Source: Paraspadella gotoi (taxonomy: Eukaryota; Animalia; Chaetognatha). Taken from it: a DNA stretch of 31,514 nt. Shown in pieces: positions 21,514 to 31,514 of this stretch (positions are counted from its first letter, which is position 1; every line of letters begins with the position of its first letter). The stretch is taken from the NCBI GenBank assembly GCA_051294375.1, contig JBJCIZ010000793.1, positions 5,661 to 37,174 of the forward strand. Direction: 5' to 3'. Made by a program: the position numbers and the translations under genes. The notes below the pieces were generated by a model. The model saw nothing but the letters and a program-made list of their open reading frames with translations, was not told where the DNA came from and did no database searches.

Positions 21514-22486
21514 CCTTTACCGGGATCAAAAATGACCAAGAACGCCTCCTCTGCACACTGCAAAGAATTAATTGTAATCTCATTAGTCATTGAAGAATCA
21601 TTCTCCAATGGTAATAAAAGCAATAACAACAACAATACTATGTCTGGTTATTCATAGAACAAAATATTAAGGACATTATGCAACATAAGTAATTGAAATT
21701 GTTTGGCAAAGGGCGTATAACTATTTAAAACCCCCTTTACTATTCTTTCTTTCAATCTCACCAACTTTTGCCTGACTTTTGTAGGAGACTGTCCTGTCTC
21801 TCTTTTCGTCTCTCTCTTGTTATAACCAACCAATGTATAAGTTGATCAATTATAAATAACCTATGGTATCTCCTCACTTTGGACATGCTTTACTTTTGGG
21901 TCTTGCAATAACATTCAGTAAATCAATCAATGGGTCTCATTCATTAGCCCTTCCTCAGGCAATACAAATTGGCCACCTCACCATTTTTTTGTGCGCTTTA
22001 ACCTAAAAAAAATTATAAAGTTTTGGTTAACACCATCTGTCATTTGTCGAATTTATTCCATCTTCTTTTGCTTCTATTCTGCTTTCTTTCTCGTGGCGTT
22101 CAGACAACAAAGTTGAGGTCCTCTTCTGACTACTCAGTGCGTGAAAATTAATAGGGAACCCTAAAATGAACAGTAAGCAATGAACATTCTTCGTATGGCC
22201 ATCAGAAAAATGGACACAGAACCGGATATTTGCACCTCATGATGAAGATACGCAGTAATTTATTTACTTTTATTTACTTTTTGCTTCTGTTTTGATATTG
22301 AATTGATTGATTCACAATTTTATTTTTTTATTTTTTATTTGTCTAAATTATATATAATGATATACATAATCTTTATTTAGTTATTAGAAAAACAATTTTT
22401 GGTAAAAAACTTTCAAATACGGTTAGCCCATATTGTAAAAGAGAACCAAAATCTTTATTTAAAAACTTAAAAACAAGGTAAACCCA

Positions 22487-22511
22487 NNNNNNNNNNNNNN
22501 NNNNNNNNNNN
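22487..22511. other. Assembly gap (25 N)
   Basis: N run. Confidence 1.
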
Positions 22512-25500
22512 TGCTCAAGGAGCCAGAAACACGGTGGTTCGACATCACATGCCCAACTTTCGGCCGTGACCTGCCAAGCACGAGCACGCATCGACTACCT
22601 CCAGAAAACTGCGCGAGTTGCAAAACGGAGTGACAGGTATTGGTGCGATGGAGGAATTGCAAAAAGAGCTAAAAGCTTTGGTCTTCTCCCATCCTCTGCA
22701 TCCCCAAGTCTGATGGTAGATGGCAAGTGTGCGTGATATTTTCCGACCCTCAATCGTCAGACTATAGATTGACAAATCCGGTCAAGTTGCTGGAGATTTT
22801 AACGACCAAACTTGCCGGAAAATAGGATCTTCTCTCAATAATCTATTTGCTAAAAGGCATTCATAAAGACCGGTTCCAAGACCAAAAGACGTTGCCTAAA
22901 CAGTCGTCATCACGCCCTTTGGCGTGTTTGTTGTTCTTGAGGACGCGTTCGGATAAGAAACGCGCGAGCCAAGACTTTCAGAGGATGATGTATGCCTCAT
23001 ACCTATGTCTACCTCGACGACTCGGCTCGTCAGCCAGCGAGATACTGAAAGAGCAGCACGTCGAGGATTCTTAGAAGAACAAAGTCAAGGCTCTCGCGGA
23101 GAACGGCCTTGTAGATGAATCGCAAGAAGTGCGTCCCTCGGCCAAAAAAATTATTGGAATTTCTCGGCTATCTGTCGACAAACCAGCGTCAAACCTCTCC
23201 CTTCCAAAGTGCGAAGGTTCGCACACAAACCCACCAACTAGATCAAAGAACTTCAGAGACTCTCGCATGTAACCTATTAAACATCGCGCTTTCCTGCCAA
23301 AGGCCGCTCACCACGCCGCGGCGCTTTATTGACGCCGCCGCGGAAAGCAGGCATAAGAAGCTGGAAGTGGACAAGCCAAGGCAGTGACCTGCGCGTTGTG
23401 ACGGCCGCAATAGGGCGTCAGTCCACCCGGCGCCTTTGCCTCCGTCGATCCCCGACAACCGACGTCTCCAACTTGCCGTTTGGGGCAGTCTTGGAGCAGA
23501 GAAGCGCGAGTGGAACCACTCGCCTTTTTCTCAGCAAGTAGGCAAAGCAGGCGAAGCGGCGCTGGCCGCCTTCGACCCGCGAATGTATGGACGCTTTCCC
23601 GCTGCAGTCGCCATTTTCGACATTGGCTGAAGGATACGGTGCGCTTTACCCTTATACACTGTACGAACACAATTGCTCATCCACGCCTTCACAACGCCGC
23701 AGAGCCACAAACAACTCGGCACCAATTTCAATTCGTCAGTAATTTCCGAGTTCACGACGGATACCCCCATGTGCGTGGCAACGCAAACGTAGCTCGGCTG
23801 ACGCCCTCTCAAGACCAAACCCGCCTCCAGCATCGCAGCTATCGATGCTGACCAGTCCCCGCTGACAAGTCTCACGACACTCGATACACCATCACGCGAT
23901 CATACTTCGAGGGCATCGATCTGGAAGACCAGATGGCGCGTCATCAGGCCCTGGATCAGACTTCACATGCTATCTCAATGACGCTCGACAGGCCTCAGTT
24001 TCCGAAAATGAAGCTCGTGACAATCAAGATTACTTGTCGACGTCTCCAATGGCCGCGTGCGACCTTTTACTTGGAAGCTTGGTGCCTGCCGCATTTTTAC
24101 CATCGTCCATGGCCTGGCCATCCAGACATCGCAGGAAAAGAGAAACAATTCTGCATCAAAATTTGTCTGGCCCTCCCATCCGCGCCGACATAAGCCCGCT
24201 GCGCGCTCGAGAGTGTCTCCAATGCCAACAACCAGGGTTACGAGGCATGTCACTCCCAATATGGAGAATTTGAAGTACCTGCACGGCGTTTTAACATTTA
24301 AATGTCGACATCACCTACATGCCCGATCAAAGGCTACAGTTGTCCTCCTAACTGTGTGACGATTCTGTAGATGGCCTGCAGCCTTGCCATATGAATGGAC
24401 ATGTCCGCAACTACGTGCTCGACACACTTACGTCCATGGAGTCGGATCGCACCTTTGGCTGTGCCATCTGACATCACACCCGACCAGTGCTCTCAGTTCA
24501 AACTCAGCACTGCGAGCCCAATTGCGCAGAGCTGGGGAATCGTCACCATCCAAAACCGGGCGGCGTATCATCCTCAGGCTCAACGGATCGCGGATGTGAA
24601 CTTTCCACCGCCCGCCTCAAAGAGGCCGTTGAATGCTTGGAGCTGAGAGCCACCACCAATGTTCTGGCCGCCTGGCATCCGCGTTTGGCCAATTCGTAAC
24701 AATACAAACCAGACATCATTGTGCACACCTGACTATCTGGCCTCTCTGGACAGGTTTGAACCGTCCCTGTGCGACCTTGCTGCCTCCACCTCCAGGGCGA
24801 CAGCAAACTCCAAGATCAGCTTGCCGGCTCCTCGAAACAACCTTCACTGGAGGTCGAACACTCCAGCAAATAACGGTCGAAGCATCGGACGCCTCCCAAA
24901 TTTTACCTTTCCTGACACTCTGCGTTCGATGCCACCATGTACTTTGACTAGACGTCCTTGCGTCAAACCGCTGCGTGGCTGCACCATATCAAGGTCTACC
25001 TACCGGGTAATCTCCGGGTAGACAATTTGAACTTCTAAGGTCGGAATCCCGGTCGGTGGCGTCGAAACGGTCGCCATCTCTCGGATCAAGCCCGGCAACG
25101 ATTTTGGTGAAGACGAAATGGTGAAAGAGACGAGCATCTCAACTCCTCCTCCTCCTTCCCCTTCGCTCGGGGCCGAAACTGCCAGAGATCGCGTACGCGA
25201 CCCCCGGCCTACTACTCGCGTCATCGCACCAGAAACTCGACGCGCCGCCAAGAGTCTTCTAGCCCGCGTTGAAGAAGGCAACCGTGCGTATTGTCAATTG
25301 ATGCGGCATCCCTGGATGCATATGCGACCCGCTCAAATGCACCCGCCAGAGCCTTCGAGCACACCTTTCGGTAACGACCAGGCGCCGAAGCAAAATGCAT
25401 GAATTTAACCCAACTCTCCCTTTTGTGCGCACCTCGTCACCGGATGGAGATCAGGGCCAGTATTACGCCTCCTATAAATTTCTAGCGTCAACCCGCACCT

Positions 25501-25765
25501 TTCGGAGAAATTCTCGCATTGACATCTAAAACTTTCCCACAAAACTGTAAATTAGCTTCATTAGTCCAAATTTACAACTCCGTTTTGCTTCCTTACTCTA
25601 ACAAATTTTCAACGTAAGTGAAGGTACAACGTTAAACTTTATAATTAATATTCCAAATAGTTAATTACAATATAATATTTGTATAATATATAAACAATCT
25701 CATCGCACTGCGGCAACGCGAGCGCAATCGCCCACTCCGGTGACGCTCCTGTGGTCACATCCTCA
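22512..25765 (+). mobile_element. Ty3/Gypsy copy D: RT-RH-IN to the 3' repeat, very indel-rich (raw-read-like)
   Basis: Colinear with 14614-15720, 10430-10878 and 19545-21513. Confidence 0.92.
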
Positions 25766-26763
25766 CCTTTACCGGGATCAAAATGTACCAAGAATACGCC
25801 TCCTCTGCACACTCAAAGAATTAATGTAATCTCATTAGTCATGGAAGAACATCTCCAATTAGGTAATAAAAAGCAATTAACAACAACAATATACTGTCTA
25901 CGGTTATTCATTAGAACAAAAATTATTAAGGACATTATGCCAACATAAGTAATGAAATTGTTTCTGGCAAAGGGCGTCATAACTATTTTAAAACCCCTTA
26001 CTATTCTTTCTTCATCTCACCAACTTTTTTGCCTGACTTTTTAGTAGAGACTGTCCTTCTCTCTTTTCGCTCTCTCTTGTTATAAACCAACAATCGTATA
26101 AGTTGATCTCAATTATAAATAACCTATGTATCTCCTCACTGTTGGACATGCTTTCACTTTTGGTCTTGCAAATAAACATTCAGTAACTCAATCAAGGGCT
26201 CATTCATTAGCCCTTCTCATGGCATACTAAATTGGCCACCCTCACTATTTCTTTCTTGTGCGCGCTTTACCTAAATAAAAAAATATAAAGTTCTTCGGTT
26301 AACACCCATCTGCATTTGTCGAATTATCCATCTCTTTGCTATCATATTCTGCTTCTTCTCGTGTGCGTTCAGACAACAAAGTTGGAGTCCTCTTTCTGAT
26401 CTACTCTAGGACCTGCTTGAAAAATTAATACGGAACCCCTAAATAGAACCAGTAAGCAAATGAACATCTTCTGTAATGAGCACTCAAATATGAACACAAC
26501 GGATATCACCTACATGATGAAAGAACGCAGTAATTATTCTACTTTTATTTACTTTTGTGCTCTGTTTATGATATTGAATTGATTGATTCCAATTTTATTT
26601 TGTTATTTTTTATTTTTCTAAATATTATATAATGATATACATAACTTATTAGTTATTAGAAAAACAATTTTGGCTTTAAAAAACTTTTCAACTACGATAG
26701 CCGCATATTGAAAAGAGAACCAAAATCTTTATTTAAAAACTTAAAAACATAGGTAAGACCCCA
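25766..26763 (+). repeat. Error-rich duplicate of the 3' flank 21514-22486
   Basis: cctttaccgggatcaaaatg...aaaaacttaaaaaca.aggtaa.accc is present at both places. Confidence 0.93.
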
Positions 26764-28116
26764 AATTAAAAACAAAAAGACAAAAAATCGCGGCATCCCA
26801 GATTTTATTCCTAAAATTTCAGTTTGTTCAAATTTAGCGGTTCTTTTCTTGTTTTAGGATGGGCAGCATGTCTTATATATAATGCGTGTCTGAGAGTTGA
26901 TCCTAGTGCATATGAAAGTCAATTGCCAAATTTTAAATTTTCATAAAAATTTGCATTTCAGAAGTAAAGACAAAAACTCAAGTTAATGCATTCAACCGTC
27001 AATTCAAATACTTAGCTACATTTGTGAGTATCCATTTTACAATCAGTTTTTGTTTTCATAGGAAAAAAACTTTTACAAGATTGAATATTTTTTTCCTAAT
27101 TTTTAATTTAAATTTATTCATAAAGACCAGTGTTATAGAATTATATGTTGGGTTTAATAGCCTAGAAGCCCGGGTTCACCCGTTAGTGTCGGTAGAGTCA
27201 GGAGTCAATGATCAAATTGGTAAGAAAATAAAGAAAAATGTTAAACAATATTAAGAAGGTAAGGTCAGTTAAAGGTCAGTAACCTTACCTTGGTTAAATT
27301 TAAGTTATGACTTGGTTAAGGTCAGTCTCGTCTGTTGTTGCCGCCGCAATTCATACCTTTATAAAGTAATAAATTCATTTAAAAGTAAAATTAACCCCCA
27401 TTTGCTATTAAATTATCATCAAATCACTTATTTAAGTTTTATCAGTGATCATATCACCTTATTCTCTTATGAATTCGTTTCCGATATCAACCTTTTCTCT
27501 CCGTAGTCCGCTTCGTAATTTACCGTTAATTTCTATTTGGCCCGGAACGAGGATTTTGGTTTTACCGTCGATTCCGTCGGACTAAAGATTAGCACTACGT
27601 AGTTCAAATCTTATGTTAACCACTTTTTCGCTCGTTGAGCGGCGAAAGTTGATCCCTTCAGTAAACTAGACGTAATTCCACGTCGATCGGTACCAAATTT
27701 ATCGAAATCGAGCCACCAGGAAAAAAGACGATGTTTTCTCTATAATATTTTGGAACATTTTTTATTAACAATATATATCAAATATTGAGTGAGCTACTGT
27801 ATTATAATTATTTTGTAAATATTTTTTTTTTTCATAAATAATAACAAATATTATTACTATTAAAAGCTGGATATGAGATTGAATTAAAGCACTCAACTAA
27901 TATATACCTGTTATTTAAAATAAAGTTAATAATCTGTTTTATTTATTTTTTTATTATAATTTTATATTATTTTTTATTTTAAACATTTGTTTTAAAGCCT
28001 TATAAGTAGAGCTGTATTTTTGTATCTTTATTTTTTTTAAAATATTCCATTTAAAAGTATTAAATTAATTAATTAATTAATTAATTAAAAGACTAAATTC
28101 CACCAACTGTTCATCA

Positions 28117-28300
28117 GCGGCCATTGGAGCCGGAGGCAAGTCATTCGCCTCCCAACCCAAAGATCCGGGGTTCTAGCCTGGTGGCCTCCTGGCAGTTAAG
28201 AGGGACGGGGCGCTTAACCCGCCTGTAACACGGTGTTACAGCCTGATCCAAAGCTCAGGGACTGCTTATATTGAACGGTTCTGTCATTAACACATAACAA
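28117..28300 (+). mobile_element. tRNA-derived SINE-like element
   Basis: A-box-like tggagccggagg (28125), B-box-like ggttctagcc (28169) and hairpin ctgtaacac-g-gtgttacag (28223-28241), forming a GC island in AT-rich DNA. Confidence 0.55.
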
Positions 28301-29380
28301 TAATTACTGTCTCTTCATATTAATAGTTTTAAAAAAATATTTTTTAAATTTGTAAAAATATCTTATAATAAAATTATTATTAATTAAAAATAAATTTATT
28401 TTATAGCCTAACAAGTAGAACTGAATTTGTATTATATATAGAACATATTTGTATCCTAATTTTTAAGAAATAATCCATTTGAAATTACTTATTTGAGTAA
28501 TCTTTTTTTCTATTTAAATTTTTACTTATAATTCAATAAAGAAAAATCGTAAAAAGTTAGGAGAGGTTTCAAATTAAAGCTTATGCTTTGTAGATAATGT
28601 TAGACATATAAAGTTTATAGACATTCAAATTGTAAGCATATTCACTATCACTACTAAAATATTTTTTTAAAAAACTTTAATTAGTATTTACCAAAAATCC
28701 TGCTCTGTTCGGATTTTTAAACATCAATAATTGGAAAAGTATTTTTTGGATTTTTAAAAATAAAGTATGTAAAATGAAGTATTTTTTCCGCTCTTTAAAT
28801 TGACGCAGGTTAAATTTGATTCCGACTGATATTTTTTACGATTTTTTTTATGAAAAAACCGTTTTTTTGCCAATTTTGAAGAGTTGCAAGCACTTATTGA
28901 TCGATTTTTCCAAAAACAAAGATAAAAAAAAATAGTAGCATATAGGGGACTAATTTGTACAATAGTGCTAAATTCTGTAAAAAACTTTATAAAATTTGCT
29001 AAGGCCTACTGCTCATGGGATCCGAAAAAAAAATTTAAAAGGAAAAGAATTCGTCCCGATGGTCATTGATTCCTTTCTTCCCGGGGTACAAGATGTATTG
29101 GCGCCGCCACTAGTTTGAGTTTGTGATTGATTTACGTCATTTTTTTTTCAACTCACCTACAAGTCTTCCAATGAAAACCGAATTTGAGCAAACCTCGGAT
29201 CTGCCAATGATAATTAGGTAATCAGATATTGCGATGTTAAAGCACAAAAATTCATTTGGACTTTTAATTTGTGATCCTCACAAATCATGACCAAACTAAT
29301 CATAACAGACTTCTTAATAAATCTATGAAAAAATATATAAAACAATTTATATATCAATAAATCAGTAGCTGCACCACTAC

Positions 29381-29658
29381 CAACTTGCATAATTTGGTCA
29401 AATAGTTTAATTTGGTCAACGGGCATAATTTGGTCAACTGACATAATTGCGTCATGGTTATAATTTTGTCAACTCGACTGAGATGATCAACTGAGATAAT
29501 TGGTCAATTGCTTCATATTTAGTCACACTAGGGCCATATATTTGTATAAACTGGCAAAATATTGATCGCACTGGCCCTAATTGGTCCAGCTTGTACTAAT
29601 TTGATTCAACGGGCCAAATTTGCGTCATAGCCTGGCATCATTTGGTACAACTTGTCAT
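29381..29658. repeat. Degenerate ~18-19-bp minisatellite (cataatttggtcaac core)
   Basis: Repeated aatttggtcaa variants; explains the VDQIM periodicity of ORF 29214-29444. Confidence 0.8.
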
Positions 29659-31151
29659 GAAATACAATGAAAAATGCGTAACGTACTGTTCCGTTGCATT
29701 AAAACAAATTCACTGATTCAATGATTATCGTATTTTTGTTTCTCATTCTTTTGAAAGCGTTATAGTCCTCACTATGTTTATGACAAATATCAACTGCCAA
29801 AATCTTTTTTTGATTTTTAGAATGAACCCTGATATTTGGCCGCGGAACAGGTTATGATAAACTAAGATCTCTCCAAAAATTAATGGTAAAAGTGACTGTT
29901 AGAGAATATGAGAAATAAAATAATTTCAAAAAAATATCTTATTAATAATAAAGATAAAATTAACATCTTTACCATTATTCGTTATTTATGCTTTAAGAGG
30001 AAGGTCATTCGATAACATACGTAAATCATTGAGTGGTTAGAGGTGAATATATCGAGAAGATACTTTATGTACACTGTTTTTCTTTTAACATTGCAGTCTA
30101 AAATCTGTTCACATATCCTGACAGCTTTCTAGCTGATAATTTTAAGTGCTTCAGCTTCAAACATACGAGATTAACAACAGGTGTCGTCAATCAGATTTTG
30201 CATTGACTACGCACAATTACGGAAGTTGCGCGTTGACGTAAAACGATGGAATTTATTCTTTACTCAAATGAAAAATAGGCAGTTGTTATTTACCTCTTAT
30301 CCTTGCAATTAGTATTAAATTATTTTAATAAGAAGTACTTAGACAAAAAGCTTCAAAACAAAGGGTTTTCATCAATAGTGGGCGTGTCCCCAAACCGGAA
30401 AATAGTGCTTCATAATCAATTAAATATGTAATTAGTGTAAAATATTTTTGATCTATTTCTAATGGTTTTTCTATTGTTATATGACAGCTGTTATCACAAA
30501 AGATTATCATCCATATCATTAAAAAAATCCTATATATTTCATCAATTATTGACATCTTAAAAAGATTCGTTTCTTTAATAGCCAAAGGACTTTCTAACTT
30601 TATACTGTAAATATTCAAATTTCATTTTTAATTTCATTCATTAATGAGGCACTTTTGCTCAAATTTAACAATTCCTGATTTTAATTTTTAATACCTTTTA
30701 ATAATTTTATTTTTTTCATCAGTAATTTTTGTACTGGCATACCATTTTTTTGCTCAAAAACTATAGCCGGAAGTTAGACCCTTTTTTCATAAAGTTTTAT
30801 GTAAATCTTTAGAGGGAATACCCTATTTTTAAGTTTTTCCAGGTTAAGGAGAAGAGAAACAATATCCATTCATCAAAAAGTTAATCAGATTTATAATTTT
30901 CTTTTCTTTTCCTTAAAAAAACAAAAAACCTTTAATCCAGCAATAAAAAATTATCATTTATACCATTATGTGAAATCCTTTCTTTTGTCGCGTTTTTGAA
31001 TTAGAAAGAGTTTGAAGTAGTTCAAGCAACAATTTTTCTTTAAACAGTGAGAATGTTTTTTTTCAATAAACTCTGGCCTAAACCTAACCTGTCTTCACCT
31101 CGACCTCTATTCTTTTCTCAAATCTTTGTTGAAAATTTTTCTCTCTTTCTT

Positions 31152-31182
<31 letters not shown>

Positions 31183-31514
31183 TCCCTTACTCTCACCTAC
31201 TTCTCACTCTCTCTTCCTTTCTCTCCTCTCTCTCCCAAATATTTCTTGTGAAGTAAAAAACTGTTGACAATTAATAAATGTGTATGAAGACTTGAATTAA
31301 AAGTTGAAACATGTTCACTGTTTAAAATCTGATTCGAATATAAGATCAGTTTTAATAAGCTGTATAAACTTTATTAATTAGTTTTTTTCGATTTAGTTTC
31401 ATTTAACTTTAGTCCCAAGGGTTTTAGAAGTAAGACGACTCTTATTCAAACCTTGAGTATATCATATCATTATCATTTCATTATAATAAATAATACAGCA
31501 ATATAAAATTATTA

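Noticed and set aside
8270-25402. Numerous antisense and alternate-frame ORFs within the Gypsy copies
   Set aside because: Shadow ORFs of GC-rich gag/pol, or indel-generated fragments. No independent env or accessory gene is evident

Overview
AT-rich eukaryotic (probably invertebrate animal) genomic DNA from a gap-filled long-read assembly, with three 25-N gaps and indel-rich sequence next to them. No complete host gene is recognisable, only a few candidate small exons. The window is dominated by four overlapping partial copies (A 8189-10878, B 12424/12913-15720, C 17280/17765-21513, D 22512-25765) of one GC-rich Ty3/Gypsy LTR retrotransposon with CsRn1-clade hallmarks: tRNA-Trp-like PBS, CHCC Gag knuckle, GGGAAAC -1 frameshift site and PR-RT-RH-IN order. 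D plus its 1 kb flank is very likely a false duplication of C. The element's oddities are a DGG protease motif and terminal repeats that share only their last 79 bp, with no PPT. The most unusual spot is 16756-17151: an LTR-like promoter cassette runs into a 49-nt copy of mature (CCA-bearing) tRNA-Leu that stops at the m1G37 position, followed by stutter repeats and a 21-bp duplication, which looks like a captured reverse-transcription intermediate. The rest consists of foldback/MITE-like palindromes, a DINE-1/HINE-like end, a degenerate hammerhead motif, a tRNA-derived SINE, and mini- and microsatellites.
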